Of a stretch of DNA of 64,000 nucleotides, positions 53,801 through 64,000 are shown piece by piece. Both the position numbers and the translations under genes were made by a program. The stretch's first letter is position 1. Each line of letters begins with the position of its first letter. The stretch spans positions 387,846-451,845 of the forward strand of contig NMRA01000248.1 of NCBI GenBank assembly GCA_002633005.1, in the 5' to 3' direction. The DNA comes from Phoronis australis (lineage: Eukaryota > Animalia > Phoronida). The notes beneath the pieces are model-generated. The model did not search any database. It saw nothing but the letters and a program-made list of their open reading frames with translations, and was not told the origin of the DNA.

Positions 53801-56800
53801 GGTAGTGAGTGAGGTGTAAATGTCCCTTTAAACGATGCTCTTTAAAATGACAAACAGAACCATATCTCAACGGAAATTACTATTTACCTAACAGTTTACA
53901 TTATACGAATGGTCAGTATCAAGAAAAGAATGTGTAAAATAGTTGGAGAAAAAACTTCCTAAGTGATAATGTTAAACTGCCAATCAAATGCATCAAATGC
54001 CTCTCAAAGACTAAAATTCAAAACGCAAATATTTCAGACAAGGCAAAGAAAACCATCTCGGTAACATGACGCTTATCTTGGCAAGTACTGATATCGCCAT
54101 TTCAATTAAAAGTATTTATTTACAACGAGAATGAGGTTGCAAATAGAATAAAAAACGTGTGTTTTTTGTAACCAGCTGTATGTTCAAGAAAGCTTTTGTT
54201 CTGAGCATTACAGCAATCCTTCGTTCAGAGGTCAAGTAGGTCTTCAAGCAGTATTTCGATGAGATTTGCGAGCCTGCATCTCGTTCGAAACGTCAACGCC
54301 CATGTATTGGGCTGCGAAGCGTCAAGTCTTCAGGAGTGTGTATGGAACCCATTCCAGTATGTGTTGCTAACCTTAACTCTCCAATACTAATAGTGGCCTA
54401 ATTCTCCTCGCTATGCCAGCCACACACTGTGCGAACCCCATCATTGCGTAACGTTTTCACGTATGTTAGTAAACACTATGTCTATCCAAATATATCCTTA
54501 TGACTTATAAATGTCATTTCTCAAGTGTAATTAAACAATACAGTTTGCAAAAGAAACTTGACGAAACGCTTCGTCTCCTCAGGCGTGTCATTGTGGTGCC
54601 GTAGCACACAAGCTCCTTCAAGCACTAAGCTGCATGTTGTCAGCAACAACACAGCGACGATTTGTTTAAATACTTTCACACGCGGGGAAAACAAGCGTTT
54701 AACTCACAGGACCAGCGGTTATTGTCACAAAAAATGAGCGGCAGTAACATTACATAGTTCAGGCGTTTGCTCGAGGTATCACCTGCCGGCATTATTTCAG
54801 GTTCGTTAAATATTTGCTTGATTAGCCGTTTCACTTTCACGAGGTACTTCAAGTGGACATATTAAATAATTAAACCATTATTCGAATTTCCAAAACAAAT
54901 GGAAGGGTGAAATAGAACACAGTGCGGACCGCTGGGAGTGGAATTAGATCTATCAAGTTTAGTTACTTTTGCTGAAAATGAAATTAGTGTAATTATTGAG
55001 GACAAACAGGGATTCGCCATAGGCGGGACAGGACTGAAGAAACGAATGCGCCCTCGTCCTAAATTAGGAGCGAAGTAAGGTTGAAAACATTAAATATTAA
55101 CAAAAGACCCACTTTGTCCCTGCGATTTGTTATGGTTAGCACAGGAATTCGGAAAGAAAGTATTTGCGTACTTTAATAGGTTGTGTAGTCATTGAGTCGG
55201 TACTAATCAAAGTCCATTGCTGCACGTTAATAGGTAGAACTATAGAGTAACCCTGACAATGTGAACCATAGCGTGTCCACGGACCTTTTAACACAACTTC
55301 CTGCGTTCTGTATAAAACCAATTGCTAATAGTCCAAAATAGCGAAACGCCTGAGGCGACGAGGAGGCGGACTTGCGTAGCATATCTTCAAACAAATCGCA
55401 ACAGGAAGTTTCAATGAAAAATATCGACCAGCTAAACATTGACTAGGAATTCGATTCATAAAACGTCTCCAATCCTACTTCGGTCAAAGTAGAGAGTGTT
55501 TGTATTTATCATCGTGAATGGCGTGTTTATACACGGGTGCTGTAACCATTCTTGATGTACTGTAAACCATGCAGATGTATTCTTAAGACGACCTCCCCGG
55601 GGTTGATTTCATCGTGCCAACCCGTGTAGCACAGAGGCGTGGACATCGGCACACAATACACAAATTAGTTTAATCTAAACACGGTCCCTCACTGCTTAAT
55701 TGGTAGCTAAAAGGGTTACAAAAGATTGAATAAGAAAGGCGGAGACTCAACAATCCCCGCAAGGTTGAAAAGCCACGATTCGTCCATTCATGATTTTCAA
55801 GAGACACACACGAAGGTAATTTACTTGCAAGACTACGTTCAGGTAGCACAAGTGTACAGCTAGTCACGTCAGGTGTATAACTAGCTGGGAATTTGTTTCG
55901 TCTTGCCGTCACATAGATGTATTTTTCATTAGTTGTAACAATACACCACGTAAATTGAAACATTTCTCGAAAACATTTTAGAATTGCTCATCATTATATG
56001 GCTACTTACCAATCCGTAACAATTGCTTAAAACTGCTTTTGACGGTCCGTGCTCCTCCGTCTGTACTTCACCAACATAGTGGCAGTTGTTTAAACGTCCA
56101 TGACGCCTGCTAACGCCACTTGCGTCCCAGTACTCCACTTGATATGACCCTGACGTTAAACGTCGATTCGACGTAACGTTGAATTTAAACGTCCGACCAT
56201 AAGCAGGCACGTGGAAGAACAAGCGCTCACTGGAGTCTTCAACGTCACTGTCGAAATTGTTGCTAACGTAACGTTTACGTCGCCTCCGCACAGACGTAAC
56301 GTCGTGGCTAATAAAGTCTCCATTTGCATTAGCTGTGTGTGGAATGATCAACTGATAATCTCTGAGTGTTTTTAGGAGTTGCTCTGGAAGTTTAAACAAA
56401 CCGAAGACAATTTATTGTTGTGGGTTTGCCAGAATTTCAATTAAGCTGCGGTAGACAGCATAAATGTCTTTACACAGGATCACTTAACTGGGCGTTGCGC
56501 CACTTCTGAAGAAGATATGTTTCATTGCAGGCTATAAAGGTGTTTTGATAAAAATCTCAAACAAGCTAGCGTTACCACTAAGCTGTGTTTCCTCAAGCAT
56601 TATATCGACTACGGGATCACGCTGCAGTCAACTTGTTATTAAATATATTATTAGAAACAGAAGAGGAGTTTCAAATTGCAAGCTTATCACATTTGGTAAT
56701 TAATAGGGTAGCAATTACCTGTTTTTATGGAGCGCCATTCAGCTTGCGTCGCCTGGACAAGTATTGAAGCGACACACCACAGTATTGTTAAAGTCACGAA

Positions 56801-56812
56801 GTTTACATCCAT
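14704..56812 (-). CDS. ADAMTS6: ADAMTS6/10-family secreted metalloprotease, complete 22-exon gene (1124 aa)
   Basis: 22 GT-AG exons in continuous phase. [54 protein letters not shown], four C-terminal TSRs and a PLAC domain match the ADAMTS6/ADAMTS10 clade. Probably co-orthologous to both vertebrate genes. Confidence 0.9.
15191..15347 (-). CDS. ADAMTS6: ADAMTS exon 21: TSR5
   Basis: [28 protein letters not shown]. Confidence 0.9.
15849..16025 (-). CDS. ADAMTS6: ADAMTS exon 20: TSR4
   Basis: [29 protein letters not shown]. Confidence 0.9.
16233..16437 (-). CDS. ADAMTS6: ADAMTS exon 19: TSR3
   Basis: [36 protein letters not shown]. Confidence 0.9.
16776..16905 (-). CDS. ADAMTS6: ADAMTS exon 18: TSR2
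   Basis: [27 protein letters not shown]. Confidence 0.85.
17270..17358. repeat. 28-bp tandem repeat x3
   Basis: gtcatgtgtcaggccaggtcaaatgaag. Confidence 0.9.
17688..17844 (-). CDS. ADAMTS6: ADAMTS exon 17: spacer end and TSR2 start
   Basis: [32 protein letters not shown]. Confidence 0.9.
18234..18397 (-). CDS. ADAMTS6: ADAMTS exon 16: spacer
   Basis: [33 protein letters not shown]. Confidence 0.95.
18886..18966 (-). CDS. ADAMTS6: ADAMTS exon 15: spacer
   Basis: [22 protein letters not shown]. Confidence 0.9.
19262..19385 (-). CDS. ADAMTS6: ADAMTS exon 14: Cys-rich domain end
   Basis: [27 protein letters not shown]. Confidence 0.9.
19568..19804 (-). CDS. ADAMTS6: ADAMTS exon 13: Cys-rich domain
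   Basis: [34 protein letters not shown]. Confidence 0.95.
20534..20743 (-). CDS. ADAMTS6: ADAMTS exon 12: central TSR1
   Basis: [44 protein letters not shown]. Confidence 0.95.
21029..21136 (-). CDS. ADAMTS6: ADAMTS exon 11: disintegrin-like domain
   Basis: [22 protein letters not shown]. Confidence 0.9.
21585..21655. repeat. (TATCATATAG/TATCATATTG)n low-complexity repeat
   Basis: 10-bp periodic array; a similar tattg-rich tract lies at about 21310-21420. Confidence 0.75.
21690..21831 (-). CDS. ADAMTS6: ADAMTS exon 10: disintegrin-like domain
   Basis: [28 protein letters not shown]. Confidence 0.9.
22164..22310 (-). CDS. ADAMTS6: ADAMTS exon 9: zinc-binding motif second half and Met-turn
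   Basis: [33 protein letters not shown]. Confidence 0.95.
22434..22520. repeat. 21-bp tandem repeat x4
   Basis: ttctaatctggttataatggt variants. Confidence 0.85.
25022..26441. repeat. About 0.71-kb direct duplication split by N (25022-25735 / 25737-26441)
   Basis: Copies abut the N at 25736; SNPs and a poly-C length difference. Confidence 0.85.
27481..27586 (-). CDS. ADAMTS6: ADAMTS exon 8: zinc-binding motif, first half
   Basis: [34 protein letters not shown]. Confidence 0.95.
27934..27994. repeat. (ATGTCATATC)n 10-bp repeat
   Basis: About six tandem copies. Confidence 0.9.
28045..28088 (-). CDS. ADAMTS6: ADAMTS exon 7: catalytic domain
   Basis: [15 protein letters not shown]; phase 2-1. 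Confidence 0.9.
28678..28817 (-). CDS. ADAMTS6: ADAMTS exon 6: catalytic domain
   Basis: [14 protein letters not shown]...[10 protein letters not shown]. Confidence 0.9.
29256..29339 (-). CDS. ADAMTS6: ADAMTS exon 5: catalytic domain
   Basis: [28 protein letters not shown]. Confidence 0.9.
35558..36053. mobile_element. PIF/Harbinger-like MITE in ADAMTS intron 4
   Basis: TIR GGGCCTTTCATA / TATGAAAGGGCC (11/12), flanks TAA / TAT, and subterminal cttaactccggtc repeats (two direct, one inverted). Confidence 0.7.
36298..36515 (-). CDS. ADAMTS6: ADAMTS exon 4: furin site and start of catalytic domain
   Basis: [32 protein letters not shown]; tttcAG / GTGAGT. Confidence 0.9.
41716..41797. repeat. 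About 28-bp tandem repeat x3
   Basis: gtccatggctttaggccgctccacac variants. Confidence 0.8.
41952..42266. repeat. 16-bp minisatellite (GTTACTCTGTGTGACA)n, about 19 copies
   Basis: Direct tandem array with variants (ttt/tct, gat/gtt/gtc). Confidence 0.95.
42502..42616 (-). mobile_element. tRNA-derived SINE head with local duplication
   Basis: - strand GGCAATGTGGCCTAGTAG (A-box-like) ... GGTTTGAGTCCC (B-box-like); no intact cloverleaf. gtctagcagtgtgccccagtgggactc is duplicated. Confidence 0.5.
42710..42872 (-). CDS. ADAMTS6: ADAMTS exon 3: prodomain
   Basis: [29 protein letters not shown]. Confidence 0.9.
43272..43557. repeat. 25-bp minisatellite (TAGAGACTGTGTAGATACTCTAAGG)n, about 11 copies
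   Basis: Near-perfect head-to-tail array with no spacers. Confidence 0.95.
43562..43795. mobile_element. Degenerate GC-rich MITE-like element
   Basis: Imperfect TIR cagaggcatatttatg / catagatccgtctctg (12/16) with G- and C-run subterminal motifs. Confidence 0.4.
45382..49874. repeat. About 2.25-kb direct duplication split by N (45382-47627 / 47629-49874)
   Basis: Copies abut the N at 47628; the ORF track shows duplicated short ORFs. Confidence 0.85.
51809..52973. repeat. 582-bp direct duplication split by N (51809-52390 / 52392-52973)
   Basis: Copies abut the N at 52391. Confidence 0.85.
56010..56383 (-). CDS. ADAMTS6: ADAMTS exon 2: prodomain
   Basis: [43 protein letters not shown]; cttccAG / GTAAGT. 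Confidence 0.9.
56719..56812 (-). CDS. ADAMTS6: ADAMTS exon 1: signal peptide (not in ORF track)
   Basis: aaaATGG start; [31 protein letters not shown]; G|GTAATT phase-1 donor matches exon 2. Confidence 0.8.
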
Positions 56813-56881
56813 TTTATTGGTTATAATCGACCTTTCTTGTTGCCCGGAGTGATTTTAATCAGAACATCTCCTAAGTTTCGT

Positions 56882-56891
56882 CCGCCATCTT
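56882..56891 (-). promoter_or_regulatory. YY1-like motif (AAGATGGCGG) 70 nt upstream of the ADAMTS start codon
   Basis: Matches the YY1 core consensus, which typically lies just downstream of a TSS. Function is inferred. Confidence 0.4.
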
Positions 56892-59800
56892 CACACATTT
56901 TCAGGCATTTTCACAACTCGCGCAATGATTCCTCCTCGCCTTGTCTTGTCACATGTACATATCGTCGATACACATCAAATTGTGTCCTTACGCGGTCGAT
57001 GTTGACTTGTTGAGTAGTATCGTAAAATCCACCTGTTCACCACCGTTGTCTGTTCACTTCTGAATCCCACCACGGCGCTCCGTGCACTAAAAACACAAGC
57101 CCAATTACCGACAACTGTTTATTGAGCGAGCCTCGCCATATGGCATAACTAGGTTCAGGAGCGCCACAGTAATCCGAGAGACGGACCGCAAGTGACGTAG
57201 TGATTCGCCCAGCCTTTAAGCGGACGAAACAATGTCCTGCTGACCGTTGTACGTATTGTGCGCGTGCTGTGAACGATTCTCAAACGCGTGCACTGTACCA
57301 GCCATAAGACTAGCCTGTCGTGTCCAAGAAACGCTGCACCCCGCCTGATATCACACCTTCAAGCGATGTAGTCTCCTATGCAACGAAAATAATTGAAACT
57401 CAAGTAAATACCCACGCAAAAACACAAATAATTTAGAGTACACAAGTTCTTGAGACAATTTCCTGTTTTTTTCCTGTATGCAGACTTGCGCAAAATGCCT
57501 ACTTACAATACACAATCAGCTCACCGCTCCGTTCGCCTATAATAATGATTTGCTCTTACGCGGGCATTGTATTTATGTATGCGATAGCGTGCTTTACGAC
57601 CCGCTGGGACCTCAGTCAGGTGTCCCATATTTAAGGACACGGAAATGATGCCGTGTAGGCTACACTGCTATTGGCTAGATACTTTAGAAATTGCCGCCTG
57701 ATTGTTGCAGCTGAGTGGTCGTCAGAAACGGTAGCAGTGACCAGCGCGACACCAGACCCGGGTAATGTCCGGCTAAATGTGTATGGTTTATCATTGAACT
57801 CGATGACCGGGTGTTGTCCGCAAGTAGCCGAAGCTTGATCGCAAATATAGTTGAAGATGTATACCGTTTGCTGTTTATACGATCGACACTCATTATCCGT
57901 GATGCGAGGCAGTTCAAAAACCCGAGTCAAGCGTGCATGAAAGCTATTGAAATCACGTGGTCATGGCGATACCTCGTGAACCCTCCCTCACCAAAACGTG
58001 CAAGAAAGTTGTGTTATTGGCACGCCCTGGTGAATCCATCCCGAGGTTCTATTATTGTCACAACCACTGCAAGCAATGACGTAGGAATTCTTCGATTTCT
58101 TTACAATACTTCTAGAGACTTAAGTACAGCTAAGGAGTGGTTTGATGGCACTTGAAAGGACATGGGTACGGCATACACCGATGCCAAGCACGGTAAAGTC
58201 ATGGTCACCGGTCGTCCACTTCCATGGGTTACGTTATCTCTCTGCTATTCTGACCTGATTCTTCTAAATGATAAATGATAGCTGAAGAAAACGAACGGGG
58301 GACAGTGAACCTGGCAGGGGGATGGNAGGCCCGTTCCGTGAAGGGGAGTATACTAGCGGCCGCCAGGGTGTTCACCGCCTTGTGCCTGATTATAATTGAA
58401 CGGCGGCCGTTATTTCCAAACAATAAACTTCTTTAATTCAAAGCATTTAAAGGTTAATCGCACATTGCACCCGACGTAGTCGAAGTTAAACATTACATGA
58501 ATGGTAATTACATACGACTTTCGGAACACTTTTAATGTATACTGTGTAACGCGAATTAACCACACCTTTGAAAACTTCGACTTGACCCGACTACAATAAA
58601 CAAAAGGAACATGACATTTACGTTGCCCGTTGTGTATGAATCTTACATGAAAGTGAAAAAACATTTAGAGTGGCACGCAACTTATGTTGAAAGTTCAAGA
58701 AACATTGCATCATTTGACATTGGAATCGAAGGAAATTTTTAAGACAAGTTGCGTGTGGTTTCCAAACGCCTGCAAATTCGAAATGAAGATATGTTGAATG
58801 CTGCTTGGGTGAAATAACTCATCGCTGTGTCCAATGTTTTGATTTAATTTTACGATACTTATAAAAAACGAGTCGAGATATCAGGCAAGTTTTACACTGT
58901 GGTTGTTATTTCTTCTAGCCATAGACCTGCTACAAAAGAGTATCTTTGTTCTGATGCAAAATCAAAACATAACGAACACTAGCGTCGTATCAGCTGTGAG
59001 GATTGGTTGCCCACGCACATTACTGATTGAGGGCTACGTCGGCGAGTAAAAAATCTAACAACTTCAAATGTCTTCAAAGTAACACAAAATAAGAATTTAG
59101 AAGTTAATTAAGTAAAAAATAATACTGATCAGCCACATTCGATGACAGTACAAAACAGAAAAACAAGACAATGCTTTGTTTTACGACTCGCTTTTTTGTT
59201 AGGATCGCGTAGGATATTTGCCATCATATGAAACGGGGTGTCCCAGAAATGGTCTTCCCACGTAAACAACGTTCAGTTGAACTTTAATAAGAAATTCATC
59301 TCTGACGTCCCAAAGCAGTTTGTTCTGTAACTTTTCCAATGTCCAAGTAATCCTTTTATAGACTACACTGTAGAAAAATGACATTTCGTGTCACTAAAAT
59401 TCGGCACCAACAATATATGTAGACAAAAGTGTTCGTGTCCAATTGTTTTAGAACCTCACCCTTCATGTCCTAACAGTGATTAGCACTCTCTCGAAAATAT
59501 AATTTAGGACTCCCTAAATATAATTTAGGACTCCCTAAATTATGTCTGCGTGGGTGGTTGCATTTATCGAAACTTGCGTATGGAAACTTACATTCGTGCA
59601 GCTGAGGCGAACCTGGATGCGTCGTTACATCAGCGCGTTCAGTACAAGAACGTTTGGAACTTGCGATGACAGATGTTATCGTAGTCCTAACTAACATTCA
59701 TTTAAATGCGGAACGCAAGGCCCTCGCGAGAACGTATGCAGGGTTTTTGAAAATGACGGCGATACGAAAACATTGGAAGTAATAACTACACGAACGGGTA

Positions 59801-62800
59801 TTTGGCCAAATGTGATTCCTGGATGGTGCGTTTCTTTGAGAACATAATACGCCGAGTTGTACGAACACAAATTCCGACCAGCTGAACAACTAAGCCCGAT
59901 TCATTCATGTAGTTGTAATGCCATTTAATACACAATAAATGTATGTAACTGTTCCGCTATTGTGAATAATTACTGTACGCGCTTTCCTCAGAGTTCAGTG
60001 ATAATATGAAACGCAGCTTATTACGTCACTGGGACATGTAGACGGTTGGCCCGCATTGACGTAACGTGGTGGGTCAACGCTGATGTTGGAATGGAAAAAA
60101 TGACGCCCGTACGTCAATTTCATTTTTTCAAGATAACAGCAATTTGAAAGAGATTTTCTCATAACTACTTCGTCCATATTTTTCGCTTACATCTTACTCA
60201 GGACAATGTTTGAAATATCGATTTAATTTTAAAATCACTGACTATTTTGGAGGAAGTGCGGAGTAACAAAGATGGGAAGTTACCATTTAGTTAGCATTCA
60301 GATTACATAATCGCGACGTCACCAACTTTTCAGAAGCAGCAGACAAGCTCGCTAACCTCTCGGACACGAATAAACTGCATTTTTGATGAAAAATGTTCGA
60401 TTTCTTTCTATACTGTTTCACCGAGAGTCGAGACATTCTTGAGTACGATTCAAGATGCCCTTGAAAGCTGGAACCGTGCCAAACGTTTTCAGCGTATGAA
60501 TGCATTTGATTCCATTCATAAAGCGCGTGTATAGACTCCCGTATAGTCGGTTCTCAATATGATTCTATCCAATAATTCGCTGCAATATAAATCGATTTGC
60601 GAAGAGGTAAGCATTGAAATGAGAAACCATACGCCGGCGGAAAGCTTACCAACAGACAACAGAGGTTGACAGAAAGTATTCAACAGAGGTACTGTTTAGC
60701 GGAAGACCTCCGGTCAGGAAGGAAGTTACAAAATGCAGTTAACACGTCTGTAAGCAGTCGATATGGATGACATTATCGACGTGAAAGTAGTTTTCTGAGA
60801 TCAGCTCCAGCGCGGAATCGAATTCACAACCTCGACGGTCACAATTTAATGCTTTGCTGGCAGACCAGAGTATTGCATATTCAGATAGCACTTACCGACC
60901 TTAATTTCAGCGATTAGGCTGCAGATAACGTCGAGAATTGGCGATTTTTAATAAAATTACAAAAACACAACGGATAATTATTGTTTTATGGCTCTGGTCA
61001 AAACTAAGAAATTCAAGGAGTCTGTCACGTACCACTGTAACGGTAGGCCTACCTCACCATTGCGTTTTTACACTGTAAAACTGATTGTGTTCGTTTAAAG
61101 CAAACGAGACATTGCTTGAAAAATATGCCCTATAGTGAAGCAACCTTTCACTAATCTGCATGGCTTGTTCTTCGAAACTATAGAAAACCTACACTAATTT
61201 GACGTGGCTATGATCTAAAGCAGCGTTTTGCCCAAAAACGAGACTTAAACTAGGCCTGTTAGTTTCATAAGACCGGTGTTATAGTATATCCTGATCTTGA
61301 TGTGATTATATTTCCGTTACCAACAAGAAGATCGAAATCTTCAACGAATCAAGAAAACACTTCAGAGGTTATTGTGGTTGGCCAGCCTTAAAGTTGCAAA
61401 TTTGAAGATAATGGCACACGTGACTTGAATTGCCATCCCATTTGCCGTCAATTCAAGATCGCATGAGCTATGCAATGTTTTTAAAGCCAACGCGCTTCGG
61501 TTAAGAATTCAACATAGATAGTTAAACGGCGGGCAAATGCCCCTTTAATGGAGAGATCTACTTTCAAGACCGGATAAGTCCTCGTTGGTAAAACGGTGCC
61601 TCAATGAAATAATTGCGCGTGCACAATTTACAGGCCTCTCCATAGGCGTACGACATGATTATCCATTTATATAGCTTTATGGAGTCGGGATTACGTGTAC
61701 GGAGTTTGAGTCACGGGGGGCAAACCTGATGACAGACTACAACAAAGCAGACACAAAAGTGAATACCGTTGGATATCTACCTCGTCTTCACACCTATCTC
61801 CATACAATCGTTAGTCCAGTACCAGATACGCTACAATTAGAGGAGAATAACCCTGTTGTCTTCAGAGTCATAAGAAATAGCTGGTGACCACATGAGGATT
61901 GACAGTCATCGCTGGTGTCCCGCGTGATGACACGAGGCCACAATGACTGATGGTGAGAGTGACTGTGAGCCATTATGACCTATTGTATTGGATATTAATG
62001 ACCTCTGGTCAGGATTACCCGGGTAATGCGATGACCACAGAAGTCGTCGTCGGATGACAGTGGCCAGACGGTCTGTCCAGGATCTGTGTTCTTTGGTAAA
62101 TGAGATCTGTTTGTAGAGCCATTATGGTGACGTAATCTATTAGGGATCAAGTATTAGAGGACACTGATTGAGGATCTTATGAAAGGTACAAGGAATTAAT
62201 TTACGGAGCCGAATAGAGCAAATACGAAGCAACTAGACCGAAATTAATTTTCTACACGTAATTGGGAAATAAACGACGGTCATTATTTCTTCACAATAGG
62301 CATCGAAGTTGGTTTGTGTATTCTAACGTATATGTATCAGTCGTTTTGTTGTTCCAAACTCTTTTGTGTTGTAACTTTCTTTTGAGATCAATTCATTTTG
62401 TCAATCAAGATTCGCCACACAGGTTTCACGGCGCGTCGGTCCACTGCTATGAATTGCCAGGTCTTCACAATCGTTCAGAGCGCTAATTTATAAAAGAAAT
62501 GACTGCAGATTACTTATCAAAATAACACAATAAAATTCAGTGAAACAGGACAACACCAGTCTAAATGTCGAGCCCAAGGACTTGCTAACAGGATGCCTGA
62601 TGGCGCCGTTCATAGATCCAATAGGGAGCGGTAGAGGTTTGCGTTTGCCACTGCGGACTCGACAAACATGGTCAAATATCGTGCTAAAAGACAAAGACGA
62701 GAGCGTGATTGGTTTAGCAAAGCCAATCAATATTTGAGAATACCGCGGTAATGCTGTAGACACCAGTCATTTTGAAGATCACTTATAACTAGAAAAAATA

Positions 62801-64000
62801 TTAGTATCATTTTCATTTCTCCTAGTTTACATTTTACAGCTATCGCACGTCATGAACTGAACTGTTATAATGCTTTTCTTTTTATTTTTCAGACTAAAAA
62901 AATAATCTTGGGTGCACTTCGAAAATTCTCATATTGCACGGTATGTAAAACAACATGATGACCTCGATGGTGTCCAGAACGTGCTGCAGATGGCGCGTGG
63001 AGTGTCGCCTTCAACGAGACTCTGGGTGCACTTCGGGCACTGGATCTGACACCCAGGGACTAACACCAACATCACTGGTAAAGAAGTGCCAGAAAACGCT
63101 TCCAACATTTTGTTACAACTACCTGAATGAACAGTGCGCTACTTGCAGTGCGTGTTAGTGACAGCTTAAATTCAAATTTTCAGCTTAGAGCATGCGCAAG
63201 AATTATTGAAAAAATGTGGCCTGGCTAATGAGTCCAATTATCACTAGACTATTGTCTAAAATGGAATAGAAAACGCCCTCACCCGGACAAATGTGCACGT
63301 GCTCTTTTACCAGTCCTAGGTCTATACATCACCCTAATAAGAGCCGAATCGTCAGTTCTATCACTGAGTACAGACTAGCGACGGATCGAGAAATTTAGCA
63401 AATAATATGCATCACTAGCGACGGAGTTTGTTTCTGAGATGTTACAACACGTCATGGGTTCCTTTGCGCTTTTTTCCAAGATGCTACAGGGAATATCTTA
63501 GAGCCGGGACAGGTGATTCGTCAATTACAAGATTTTGTCTAGCAAAAGGAGTACCTCTTCACTAGGAGCCTAACAATAAAGGTATTGTAAATGAGAATTG
63601 ACAATGCACGATTTCACAACAAAAATAAAATCACCAGTGTCTGAAGCGCAAAGCGACGTGCAGACGACAGTACCACCAGAAATACACAGAGCCTTCTACC
63701 GATCGATGTCTTGGGGACACAACATCCTTTTTCTTATAAACCTTGTTAAAATCCCATTTCATGGTATTCGCCCATGTCAGAAATACAAATTTGAATTGGA
63801 ACAGCAGCGAAATTTGTCTTGATTTCTGTCTTACGCCTATGTGATTTCTGGCGTGGGAGGTAACCATTTGCAGACCTACCAAGGGGTATAACAATTTTGC
63901 TGGAGGTTGGTTGATATTTTGCTTGAGACTGGACAAATTGTGGTCAAATTTTGCTTGAAGTTCCTGGCGATATCTTCACTAACTATCAAACTTTATATAT

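Noticed and set aside
54254-54336. Penelope-like or hammerhead-like cgaaacgtc motif
   Set aside because: The core reads TCGATGA rather than CTGATGA, stem geometry does not fit, and there is no RT/GIY-YIG remnant nearby.
45200-55963. Many 60-156 aa ORFs in ADAMTS intron 2 as nested genes
   Set aside because: No recognisable domains, random-like composition, stop or indel differences between some duplicate copies, and no coherent splice chain.
57050-57140. Hydrophobic stretch LSVIGLVFLVHG as the ADAMTS signal peptide
   Set aside because: No in-frame ATG or suitable donor; 56812-56719 gives a complete signal peptide in the right phase.
58326-58326. Sixth single-N junction
   Set aside because: No flanking duplication is visible; it is a gap of unknown size and nothing can be inferred.

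Overview
This is eukaryotic (invertebrate metazoan) genomic DNA, not prokaryotic. It holds two intron-split extracellular-matrix genes arranged tail-to-tail. (1) On the + strand, 453-10336 is the 3' part of a FREM1/QBRICK orthologue (CSPG repeats, one Calx-beta, a linker, a C-type lectin domain). I rebuilt 9 phase-consistent exons, about 1174 aa; the 5' end lies left of the window. (2) On the - strand, 56812-14704 is a complete ADAMTS6/10-family metalloprotease in 22 phase-consistent GT-AG exons (3375 nt, 1124 aa): signal peptide, prodomain, HEMGHNFGMQHD catalytic domain, disintegrin-like, TSR1, Cys-rich, spacer, four TSRs, PLAC. Five apparent tandem duplications are each split by a single N and are most likely unmerged haplotype overlaps in the assembly. 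The introns carry MITE-like elements, a tRNA-derived SINE head and minisatellites. I found no wholly new system. The best leads are a PLAC domain missing two cysteines, followed by a candidate alternative last exon with a decayed PLAC; a very basic FREM1 linker exon; recurrent CTCF-like motifs; a sharp CpG-density step at about 43.6 kb; and a candidate 9-nt microexon. All coordinates were derived by eye and no searches were run.
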